Shown one piece after another: positions 38,045-45,506 of a stretch of DNA of 64,000 nt; within the stretch, counting starts at the first letter, position 1, and each line of letters starts with the position of its first letter. The DNA lies in UHGV virus genome UHGV-1519562; one strand, written 5' to 3'. A model generated the notes under the pieces. That model made no database searches. It saw nothing but the letters and a program-made list of their open reading frames with translations, and was not told the DNA's origin. The translations under genes were made by a program, and so were the position numbers. The DNA comes from a virus.

Positions 38045-38770
38045 ATGAAACTAAATAATTATGATTATAGATTTTTAAAAAAGTTGTTACAGTCTACACA
38101 GCATGAACTATTAGAATTTTTGCCTAAAGCGCTTAATGCTATCTACCGCAAAGAAGATATTATTATTACCAACAATTATATTTGCGCTAAAGGTGATATC
38201 CCAGTAGCTTTAGTTGCTCATTTAGACACTGTATATCCAGAACCACCTAAACAGATTTTTCATGACCCAGAATATAATATTATTTGGGGAACAAGTGGTT
38301 TAGGTGCAGATGATAGAGCAGGCGTTTTTGCTATTTTAAATATTTTAGAATGTGGTTATAAACCTACTGTAATCTTTTGTTGTGATGAAGAAAATGGCGG
38401 TTTAGGTGCTTATCAACTGACTAAAGATTTTCCAAAACCTTTCACCAATTTTAAAATGCTTATTGAGCTAGACCGCCAAGGAACAAAAGATGCAGTATAT
38501 TATTCATTAAATAACACTGATTTTGAAAATTATATCAATAATTATGGATTTGAAACTGCGGTAGGTGTATTTACAGATATTTGTATTCTAGGTCCAATTT
38601 GGGATGTTCCCGCAGTTAATCTTTCTGTTGGTTATTTTAATGAACATAGTTATGCGGAAATGCTTTATTACCCGGCTTTATTTGATACTATTGATAAGGT
38701 TTGTTTAATTTTAGAAGAAAAGAGGACAAAAGACTTTGAATTTACAGAAATCACTGGAAGCAGCAATTAA
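38045..38770 (+). CDS. M20/M28/M42-type zinc metallopeptidase-like protein
   Basis: metal-ligand-like motifs VAHLDTV, GADDRAG, DEENGG. Confidence 0.6.
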   Translation: MKLNNYDYRFLKKLLQSTQHELLEFLPKALNAIYRKEDIIITNNYICAKGDIPVALVAHLDTVYPEPPKQIFHDPEYNIIWGTSGLGADDRAGVFAILNILECGYKPTVIFCCDEENGGLGAYQLTKDFPKPFTNFKMLIELDRQGTKDAVYYSLNNTDFENYINNYGFETAVGVFTDICILGPIWDVPAVNLSVGYFNEHSYAEMLYYPALFDTIDKVCLILEEKRTKDFEFTEITGSSN

Positions 38771-40031
38771 ATATTCTCAAAATTATTCTTTTCCTCTTGA
38801 TTGTAAAGAAATAATTACTTCTTGGGAAATTAATAAAGCTAAATTGAACAAAGAATATTTGAACGAAAAAATTACTTTACAATTAACTAATGAACCAGTA
38901 TCTATTACTCTTGATGAAACCTTTAGAAGAGATAGTTTTTTTGAATTTATTGATAAAGTTATGAATTTGTTGGAACCATCTGAAGATGCTCCAGATAGTG
39001 AAATAGAACTATATTACAATTTTTATGATTTTCTTAGTGATAATGTAAATAATTTTTATTCTAATATTGTTACTTCAGATTTTTTAAATATTGTAAAACG
39101 TGGAAGTAAAATTATTAAATCTTTTAAGTATTTTGTTAAAGATAAACAAAAGCTCAGAAAGATCCAGGATATGGCAAGTGAGTTAATTCAAACACAAAAA
39201 ATTTCTGGGTATTTATTTGCTTCTATTGATCCATTTGAATTTTTAACTTCTAGTGAGAATAATTGTAATTGGCGTTCTTGTCATTCATTGGATGGAGATT
39301 ATCGTGCAGGAAATATTAGTTATATGAATGATCCATCTACCATTATTGTATTTTTAGCAAATGAAGAAAAAATCAATGTAGAATGTTTACCAAAATCTAT
39401 CAAAGTCTATAATAAAAAATGGAGAATGTTAATTCATATAAATCAAAATGATAATATAATTTATTATGGAAGACAATACCCTTCTTATAATAAAAATTTA
39501 TTAGATTTAGTTTATAATAAATTGTTTTATGATAGAGGTTTTATGCCTCCTAAAGAAGTTACTTTTGACCAAATTAATTTAAATCAAGATAATTGTATTG
39601 ATTTAGACCATAATTATATGGCATTAAATAATAAAGTTTTTGATACTTTAGAATTAATTGATATTCCAGAAAATTCGTTGAATTATAATGATATTGTATA
39701 TTCTTCATTTCATCAAACACAGGTTAGTATTAACAAAAAATATAAATATTATTATAGCAAAGATAAACAAAAGACAATAGATTTATTTTTAACTAAAGTT
39801 GGTTATCCTGTTGCTTGCGCTTGTGGATGCGGCAGAAAAGTAAATAATTCGGCAAGCTTTATTTGTGATACTTGTGCAGAAAAATATAATGCTGAAGGAA
39901 ATTTATATCCAATTTGCTCTTGCTGTGGACAAAGAATAAATTTGAAAGATAAACAAAGTTATAAGCAAGAAGAAGAAGGTCTTTATTGTAATCTTTGTTG
40001 TGAGGAATTAAGTCATTTGAACGTCAATTGA
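38736..40031 (+). CDS. large hypothetical protein with C-terminal zinc ribbons (paralog of 34957-36630)
   Basis: 431 aa; shares core block with the 557-aa paralog; C-terminal CACGCG...CDTC...CSCCG...CNLCC. Confidence 0.65.
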   Translation: MNLQKSLEAAIKYSQNYSFPLDCKEIITSWEINKAKLNKEYLNEKITLQLTNEPVSITLDETFRRDSFFEFIDKVMNLLEPSEDAPDSEIELYYNFYDFLSDNVNNFYSNIVTSDFLNIVKRGSKIIKSFKYFVKDKQKLRKIQDMASELIQTQKISGYLFASIDPFEFLTSSENNCNWRSCHSLDGDYRAGNISYMNDPSTIIVFLANEEKINVECLPKSIKVYNKKWRMLIHINQNDNIIYYGRQYPSYNKNLLDLVYNKLFYDRGFMPPKEVTFDQINLNQDNCIDLDHNYMALNNKVFDTLELIDIPENSLNYNDIVYSSFHQTQVSINKKYKYYYSKDKQKTIDLFLTKVGYPVACACGCGRKVNNSASFICDTCAEKYNAEGNLYPICSCCGQRINLKDKQSYKQEEEGLYCNLCCEELSHLNVN

Positions 40032-40238
40032 ATTTTTAATAAAAATATATTATAATATATTTAGAAAATTAAGAAAGGAATAAAATATGACTGTAAAAGA
40101 GCATGAAGTAAAAGTTTTTAAATGGCATTATACTTTAGTTAAAAGTTCAGCCATTTTTATTTAAAAGATTTTATTAATCAAAATGTTTCAGATATTGATT
40201 ATTATATTGCTGATAATAATGAAAGTAATAAAATTATT

Positions 40239-40544
40239 TTGAATATTAATGGAGTAGAGTATCGTCTTTTGATTAATGATTATCTTCTTTATGATCCTTA
40301 TTATAATACTTTTGTCATATTAGAAAAATCTCCAGAATTTCTTTTTAAAGAATATGAAAAAGATTATGTTATTAAATTTTTAGATAATTATATTGGTAAA
40401 AATCTTCACGATATAACAACTATTTTTAGTTGTGCGAGACATTTTTCTTCTAAAGAAAAAGCTGAAAAGGTAGTAGATTTTTTGAGTAATAATTTTAACA
40501 CTGATAGAGCTTGTTTTAAAATTATTAACTTAAATGAGGAATAA
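40239..40544 (+). CDS. hypothetical protein (tandem paralog of 40547-40843)
   Basis: shared motif INGxEY.LL..DYL.YD.YY..F.I. Confidence 0.5.
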   Translation: MNINGVEYRLLINDYLLYDPYYNTFVILEKSPEFLFKEYEKDYVIKFLDNYIGKNLHDITTIFSCARHFSSKEKAEKVVDFLSNNFNTDRACFKIINLNEE

Positions 40545-40546
40545 TT

Positions 40547-40843
40547 ATGAGTAATACTATTGAACAAAAAGTTAAAATATTTTGTTGGAGTGTTCTTATT
40601 GACAAAAAATTATCTATTTTTTGTTTAGAAGATTTTTTGAATAATATTAACAATATTTCTTTTTATATTTTTATAAGCACTCATAATGATATTATTCATT
40701 TTAAAATTAATGAAAAAGAATATGTTCTCTTAATGGGAGATTATTTGGTTTATGATTCTTATTATGAGAATTTTGCTATATTTCATAAACTTCCAAAATA
40801 TATTCGTAAAATGCAACAAATTGAAAATTTAAAAAATAAATGA
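40547..40843 (+). CDS. hypothetical protein (tandem paralog of 40239-40544)
   Basis: same motif as previous gene. Confidence 0.5.
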   Translation: MSNTIEQKVKIFCWSVLIDKKLSIFCLEDFLNNINNISFYIFISTHNDIIHFKINEKEYVLLMGDYLVYDSYYENFAIFHKLPKYIRKMQQIENLKNK

Positions 40844-40884
40844 TATAATATATATACAAAGTTAAGAAAGGAATAAAAAAAATA

Positions 40885-41193
40885 ATGGCTAGACGCGGTG
40901 ACAAAGCAAGAGAACAGGTAATGCAGAAGATTGTTGATGTTTTTGGCGATGATTTCTGCTGTATTGATAATAAGAAGATTTATGTAAATGGTCACGAAGG
41001 TGGCGAAACTATTCAATTTGCTATTAGTTTGACAATGCCAAAGACACCTGTTACTGGTGGTTCTACTAATCGAAATATTACCACTGGTAATCCAAATGAT
41101 TGGACTGAGAAGGAAGTTAAGACTGCGGAAATTAGTGATGAAGACGCTGAGACAATCAAAAGATTAAAGGAAACTCTAGGTATTGTTGATTAA
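40885..41193 (+). CDS. hypothetical protein
   Basis: 102-aa ORF with conserved promoter and AAAGGA RBS. Confidence 0.55.
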   Translation: MARRGDKAREQVMQKIVDVFGDDFCCIDNKKIYVNGHEGGETIQFAISLTMPKTPVTGGSTNRNITTGNPNDWTEKEVKTAEISDEDAETIKRLKETLGIVD

Positions 41194-41441
41194 TTGATTT
41201 TATAAAAAAATTATGATATAATATTAATAGAAAATAAGAAATACAATATTTTCTATACTAACCAATCAAAATTACTTGAGAGATATTACTACCTAAACTT
41301 CACTCTTAAAAAGAAGGTTCACGGATGGGTCACAAGGCTACGGCTTAACCAAGAAGATAAAACGCCTTTCGCTGAAGAGCGAAACATAAATACTAAGGTT
41401 CAATGATTGGTGACTTCTAAAATCGAAAAAGAACCTTATAT

Positions 41442-42003
41442 AGTGTTGTAGCTCAGTAGGTTAGAGCCAGCGACTTATTTACGTTGATAATTAATATGAA
41501 AGAATTAACAGTTAAAAGAAAAGGTATTCTTACAGAAGAAAGATTAAAATTGTGGTTTTTGTTACAAGGATATTCTGTAAGTGTACCTATCGGAGATAAT
41601 GACAGGTATGATTTTATCGTAGATTTTGATGGTAAATTGATTAAAATGCAAAGTAAAACAAGTAATTTAACTAGAACAGTAGATTGCCTTAATTTTGCAT
41701 GTGCTTCAACTAAATATAATAGTACAGGTTCACATAGAACTAAATATACAAAAGATGATATTGATTATTTTTGTACTATTCATCCTGAAACAAATCAAGT
41801 TTATATTGTACCTGTTGATATTTGCGGAAATGAATGTAATTTAAGATTTGCCGCTCCAAAAAATAATAATTATAATGGAGTAAAAATGGCAAAAGATTAT
41901 GAAGGTGAAAAAATGATTGAAAGGATTTTAAATTCCTAATTAGTTAATTAGGAAAACGTAAATAAATCGCTAGACGTGGGTTCAAATCCCAACAGCACTA
42001 CCA
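41442..42003 (+). tRNA. tRNA gene interrupted in the anticodon loop by a 0.48-kb ORF-bearing insertion (anticodon ambiguous)
   Basis: 5' part 41442-41473: acceptor AGTGTTG, U8, D-arm GCTC/AGTAGGTTA/GAGC, anticodon stem AGCGA; 3' part 41967-42003: TCGCT, T-arm GTGGG/TTCAAAT/CCCAA, acceptor CAGCACT, A, CCA; flanking 9-nt inverted repeats extend the anticodon stem. Confidence 0.6.
41496..41939 (+). CDS. PD-(D/E)xK-like nuclease encoded inside the split tRNA
   Basis: motif RYDFIVDFDGKLIKMQSK similar to the small nuclease at 5034-5390 (RFDFAV...IEYQGKQH); ORF fills almost the entire insertion. Confidence 0.55.
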   Translation: MKELTVKRKGILTEERLKLWFLLQGYSVSVPIGDNDRYDFIVDFDGKLIKMQSKTSNLTRTVDCLNFACASTKYNSTGSHRTKYTKDDIDYFCTIHPETNQVYIVPVDICGNECNLRFAAPKNNNYNGVKMAKDYEGEKMIERILNS

Positions 42004-42233
42004 CTAATAATTTAAATATAATAAAAGTTTGATGTATACAAATGTTGCGTCATTTGAATCCCTCCCTTTGCTACAATCAACATTTGATTTACATTTGGAA
42101 AGAGTGATAGAAAATCACACAGAATTACTTTTAGCCAACCGAGTATCAATGTTATTAACTAAACTTTTTTACTTTTATATTAACATTTAAATTATATCTT
42201 TTAGTTTGCGGTCTAAATTGTAAAACCGCATAT

Positions 42234-42311
42234 GGCACTGTAGCCCAATTGGAAGCAGGCAGTAGACTTAAAATCTATTCAGTGTGGGTTCGAGTCCCAT
42301 CAGTGCTACCA
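42234..42311 (+). tRNA. tRNA, anticodon UAA, class I (short variable loop) - atypical for Leu
   Basis: acceptor GGCACTG/CAGTGCT, anticodon stem GTAGA/TCTAT, loop CTTAAAA, T-arm GTGGG/TTCGAGT/CCCAT, CCA encoded; D-arm irregular. Confidence 0.55.
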
Positions 42312-42458
42312 TCACAGATTGTTGTGCGATTTAACTGTGTTAAATAAATTAAAATCGCGTTGCACAGTTCTTCCTTTAAGGAGTAGTTATGTTATATAAC
42401 GAATGAACTAAAAAATTAATATTATGTTAAAATTGTATTAATTATTAAAAATTTTTGG

Positions 42459-42487
42459 TTGACTTTAATTAATAAATATGTTATAAT
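42459..42487 (+). promoter_or_regulatory. promoter for tRNA-Leu(UAG) (TTGACT N17 TG-TATAAT)
   Basis: TTGACT 42459-42464, TG 42479-42480, TATAAT 42482-42487. Confidence 0.55.
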
Positions 42488-42523
42488 ATTTATATAAGAT
42501 TAACCAAAGAAATGTTGGATTGA

Positions 42524-42605
42524 TGGAATGGTAGACATAGTAGCCTTAGAAGCTACCGCGTAAGCGTAAGAGTTCAAGTCTCTTATCCAACACCATTAGA
42601 CAGAC
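42524..42605 (+). tRNA. tRNA-Leu (anticodon UAG), class II
   Basis: acceptor GTTGGAT/ATCCAAC, anticodon stem GTAGC/GCTAC, loop CTTAGAA, long variable arm, T-arm AAGAG/TTCAAGT/CTCTT, CCA. Confidence 0.75.
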
Positions 42606-42720
42606 ACAGCAATCTTTATACAAGTAACGACATGCGGGTTCGATTCCTGTCTTTACGCATCTGTAAAGTAGCCTATTGGTAAGGTATTTATTTTGTTTAA
42701 AGCTGTCTAGTAAATCTCAA
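42606..42720 (+). ncRNA. tRNA-like element with permuted (Y-RNA/YrlA-like) topology
   Basis: order: stem strand AGACAG (42609-42614), T-arm GCGGG/TTCGATT/CCTGT (42644-42660), acceptor 3' strand CTTTACG, 4-nt loop, acceptor 5' strand TGTAAAG, UA, D-arm GCCT/ATTGGTA/AGGT, closing strand CTGTCT (42713-42718). Confidence 0.4.
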
Positions 42721-42852
42721 TTTGAAAAATAAAAAAAATTATGATATAATATTTATAGAAAGTTGAGGTTGATTTAATGTTTTACTGGGATTCCTTTGAT
42801 TGTGAAATTCAGTCTGATGAAATTGGTAGTATTACTAATCAGGAGAATGAAT

Positions 42853-43014
42853 ATGAAGAAACAGAAGAACAAGAATTTATGGGCGAAAAAGAGTGGCGAT
42901 GAACTTCAAGAGTATTTACAATTTCGCCGCAGAGGTAGTAAAGTAAAACCTAAAAAGGGCAAAGGTTCCTTTAAAAGAAAAAAAGAAATTTGGATCCATA
43001 GCGTAATTGGTTAG
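42853..43014 (+). CDS. small very basic protein (hypothetical); 3' end overlaps tRNA-Asn
   Basis: ATG 42853 after AGGAG; K/R-rich 53-aa product; overlap with the tRNA makes coding status uncertain. Confidence 0.3.
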   Translation: MKKQKNKNLWAKKSGDELQEYLQFRRRGSKVKPKKGKGSFKRKKEIWIHSVIG

Positions 43015-43058
43015 CGCAACGGACTGTTAATCCGTGGGTTGTTCGTTCAAGTCGAACT
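42982..43058 (+). tRNA. tRNA-Asn (anticodon GUU)
   Basis: acceptor GGATCCA/TGGATCC, D-arm GCGT/AATTGGTTA/GCGC, anticodon stem ACGGA/TCCGT, loop CTGTTAA, T-arm GTTCG/TTCAAGT/CGAAC, G, CCA. Confidence 0.85.
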
Positions 43059-43081
43059 GGATCCGCCATATATTTTAATTA

Positions 43082-43157
43082 GCTCCTATCGACAAGTTGG
43101 TTAAGTCATTAGCCCTTCAAGCTAGAGTCGCGGGATCGTAGCCCGCTAGGAGTACCA
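43082..43157 (+). tRNA. tRNA-like, anticodon UUC (Glu) with atypical T-loop and C33
   Basis: acceptor GCTCCTA/TAGGAGT, anticodon stem TTAGC/GCTAG, loop CCTTCAA, T-arm GCGGG/ATCGTAG/CCCGC, A, CCA. Confidence 0.45.
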
Positions 43158-43243
43158 TAATGAAAGACACATACAGCAATTTATTTAACATTATGAAAAA
43201 ATGGCAGAAAATTTTTATATAGGTGTCTTGTTTATATATTGCA

Positions 43244-43294
43244 GGCAGGTTAAAGCCCTGTGCGTCGCTGGTTCAAATCCAGCCTGTGATACCA
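43244..43294 (+). pseudogene. 3' two-thirds of a tRNA (anticodon arm, T-arm, acceptor 3' strand, CCA) without a cognate 5' part
   Basis: anticodon stem GCAGG/CCTGT, T-arm GCTGG/TTCAAAT/CCAGC, CTGTGAT-A-CCA; no D-arm or complementary acceptor strand within 60 nt upstream. Confidence 0.4.
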
Positions 43295-43295
43295 T

Positions 43296-43368
43296 TGCGG
43301 AGTAGAGAAACGGTTATCTCGCAACCCTCATAAGGTTGAGAAAGGTGGTTCGACTCCACCCTCTCGCA
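43296..43368 (+). tRNA. tRNA-like, anticodon CAU (Met/Ile2-type), acceptor stem poorly paired
   Basis: D-arm GAGA/AACGGTTA/TCTC, anticodon stem CAACC/GGTTG, loop CTCATAA, T-arm GGTGG/TTCGACT/CCACC; acceptor strands mostly non-complementary. Confidence 0.4.
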
Positions 43369-43490
43369 GAGACATAATCAACCACCTCCACGCGGTATGT
43401 CTTGGGTAAAGCGAACGGTTGAATGATTTTGGGTACATTTGGATAATTTAGTAGCCAAAAAAACTCCATAATATAATGGAGGGATGTATA

Positions 43491-43952
43491 ATGAGTTATA
43501 TTTATAGAATTATTAATAATATAAACGATAAGGTTTATATTGGAAAAACTGCTTTTGATATTTCAAAACGATTCAAAGAGCATTGTAATGATGCTTTTAA
43601 GAAAACAGAAGAAAAAAGACCATTATATGCGACAATGCGTAAATATGGGATAGAGCATTTTACAATAGAACAAATTGAAGAGTGCTCTGACGCTGCGGCC
43701 GCAGACAGAGAAGCCTATTGGATTAGTATGTATTCTGCTTATGAAAAAGGATATAATGCGACTCTTGGTGGCGATGGTAAATTTTTATATGACCACAAAG
43801 CAATTGCTTTGCGACTTCAAGAACATCCATATTCTCAAGATGTAGCAAAGAAGTTTGGATGTTGTGTTGATACAGTAAGAAATATTGCTAATCAATATGG
43901 TATTTCATTATTAGTCAATAATGGCCATAAAAAAAACTATTTCTGCTTATAG
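43491..43952 (+). CDS. GIY-YIG homing endonuclease (catalytic domain plus first DNA-binding module)
   Basis: YIYRIINNINDKVYIGKT...RFKEH...YN.TLGG GIY-YIG signature; ATG 43491 after GGAGGG. Confidence 0.8.
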   Translation: MSYIYRIINNINDKVYIGKTAFDISKRFKEHCNDAFKKTEEKRPLYATMRKYGIEHFTIEQIEECSDAAAADREAYWISMYSAYEKGYNATLGGDGKFLYDHKAIALRLQEHPYSQDVAKKFGCCVDTVRNIANQYGISLLVNNGHKKNYFCL

Positions 43953-44124
43953 TAAAAGCGGTGTTTTAATAAAAACTTTTGAATCTACCTCAGAAGCAGC
44001 TCAGTGGTGTTATGATAATCAAAAATGTGCCACTTTGCACTCTGGTGTTAGAAGCCATATAGCACAATGTGCTAATGGGATTCGTAAATCTGCATATAGT
44101 TATATATGGAAATATGAAAATTAA
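43921..44124 (+). CDS. C-terminal DNA-binding module of the GIY-YIG endonuclease, in a different frame
   Basis: ...IAQCANGIRKSAYSYIWKYEN resembles the C-terminal module of Seg/I-TevI-like endonucleases; frame changes at an A8 run around 43926-43933. Confidence 0.55.
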   Translation: MAIKKTISAYSKSGVLIKTFESTSEAAQWCYDNQKCATLHSGVRSHIAQCANGIRKSAYSYIWKYEN

Positions 44125-44157
44125 AAATATAGACTCATACAGCAAAAATTCTTTAAT

Positions 44158-44230
44158 TCTAAAATAGTCAAAAGGTTAAGACATCACTCTTGAAAAAGTG
44201 AAAATATGGGTTCGATTCCCATTTCTAGGT
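44158..44230 (+). tRNA. tRNA-like with 8-nt anticodon loop CTTGAAAA
   Basis: acceptor TCTAAAA/TTCTAGG (one A-C mismatch), D-arm GTC/AAAAGGTTAA/GAC, anticodon stem TCACT/AGTGA, T-arm ATGGG/TTCGATT/CCCAT; flanked by TAGACTC (44121) / GAGTCTA (44237). Confidence 0.4.
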
Positions 44231-44446
44231 TTAAAAGAGTCTAGTTAAAAATTAAATATAGAAAGGAGAGTTGCTTTATGGATTTGGATGATATGATTTT
44301 TTCTGATGAAGTAATTATTATTAGTGATAGATAATTATTTCTAATTTATATGGAAATGTACTCAATGTTGGCAAAGAGGACGATTTGCTAAATCGTTAGG
44401 TCTATGAGAATAGGCGAGTGGGGTCGGCACCCACCGTTTCCGCCAA

Positions 44447-44517
44447 GAGAATGTGGTGTAATCTGGTAACACGCTAACTTTGGGAGCTAGAGTCGCAGTT
44501 CAAATCTGACATTTTCT
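44447..44517 (+). tRNA. degenerate tRNA-like (anticodon UGG-like), weak T-stem
   Basis: acceptor GAGAATG/CATTTTC, D-arm GTGT/AATCTGGTA/ACAC, loop TTTGGGA; T-stem only 3 bp. Confidence 0.3.
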
Positions 44518-44760
44518 ACCATTTAGACACATACAGCAATTTTATAATACTGATATTATAATTTGTGGCTCGCTGTGGCCCTATTAACAGCTCCATTTAA
44601 TGAAAAAGTATGTCAATGATTTATATTATCTTTTGCGAAAATTTCTTTAATATAATGAGACTTACAAGAAATTTTTTGTGTCTAGTTTTTCTTATTTTAT
44701 CCTTTCTTTCTTCTTTATAAGATGCTTTCAGCAATAATTATTACAAATATATTTTATTAG

Positions 44761-44856
44761 GTTTATTAAAATAGTATATATTATAGCAAATATATTTCTA
44801 TAAAGTTTATTAAAATACTATATAGTAAATATATTTCTATAAGGTTTATTAATAGC
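44761..44856. repeat. AT-rich tandem repeat (about 2.5 copies of an about 40-bp unit) upstream of tRNA-Gln
   Basis: GTTTATTAAAATA(G/C)TATATA..AG.AAATATATTTCTATAA repeated from 44761 and 44805, partial copy from 44844. Confidence 0.6.
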
Positions 44857-44866
44857 ATCTTGATAT

Positions 44867-44942
44867 AGCGGCATAGTCAAGTGGTTAAGACATACGGCTT
44901 TGACCCGTATATCCGTTGGTTCAAATCCAACTGCCGCTGCCA
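44867..44942 (+). tRNA. tRNA-Gln (anticodon UUG)
   Basis: acceptor AGCGGCA/TGCCGCT, anticodon stem TACGG/CCGTA, loop CTTTGAC, T-arm GTTGG/TTCAAAT/CCAAC, G, CCA. Confidence 0.8.
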
Positions 44943-44989
44943 CTTAGCTATTTTAAGTAGCTTACTTTTAAAACTCCCCCTTTCTGAAA

Positions 44990-45024
44990 AATACCTCAAG
45001 TTTTAAACTTGAGGTATTTTTTTA
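44990..45024 (+). terminator. intrinsic terminator after the first tRNA block
   Basis: ATACCTCAAG TTTTAA ACTTGAGGTAT hairpin plus T7 run. Confidence 0.7.
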
Positions 45025-45177
45025 TGCAGAAAACAGGCCGGCGCGGGCACGGGCAAATTAAAATGGAGTTTAGTAATTTTTTTCTTGGTCAAAGATATTT
45101 TAAGAATTTACTTAAATTTTAAAAAAAATAGAAGGGATAAATTTAAACTAAACTTTTAAAAGAAAGGAGTAATTTAA

Positions 45178-45447
45178 ATGATTACTATAGATAGTAAATT
45201 TAATTTAGGTGGAAAAGCTTATGGAACTATTAGACTTCTTTGTGATACAAAAGCTGATATACCTAATTTAGATAATTATAAGAATTACGCCACAGGAAGT
45301 GAAGCTTTAGTTATCTCTACCTCAGAAAGATATATGTTAAATAGTTCAAAAGAATGGATTTTACAAAAAAATTCTGGCGGAAGTGGTGGCGGAGATTCAC
45401 CTTCACCTGACAATACTTACATATATGATGGTGGAGAAGTAACTTAA
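45178..45447 (+). CDS. hypothetical protein (Gly/Ser-rich C-terminus)
   Basis: 89-aa ORF with AAAGGAG RBS at the start of the tail-fibre block. Confidence 0.5.
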   Translation: MITIDSKFNLGGKAYGTIRLLCDTKADIPNLDNYKNYATGSEALVISTSERYMLNSSKEWILQKNSGGSGGGDSPSPDNTYIYDGGEVT

Positions 45448-45506
45448 CTTCTTTTCTATTTTACATATATTAACTATTTTTTAAAGAAAGGAGTTAATTA
45501 TATTAA

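Noticed and set aside
41230-41440. Structured leader upstream of the split tRNA (long-range pairing ACCAATCA / TGATTGGT, internal hairpin TTTCGCT/AGCGAAA) as a separate ncRNA or intron core
   Set aside because: No group I core strings and no tRNA-like arms; may simply be the 5' leader of the tRNA transcript. Not enough evidence to call a feature.
42312-42318. ATCACAG immediately after tRNA 42234-42311 as the missing 5' acceptor strand of the partial tRNA at 43244-43294 (trans-split tRNA)
   Set aside because: A single 7-mer match 0.9 kb away with no adjoining D-arm is within chance expectation; kept only as a note.
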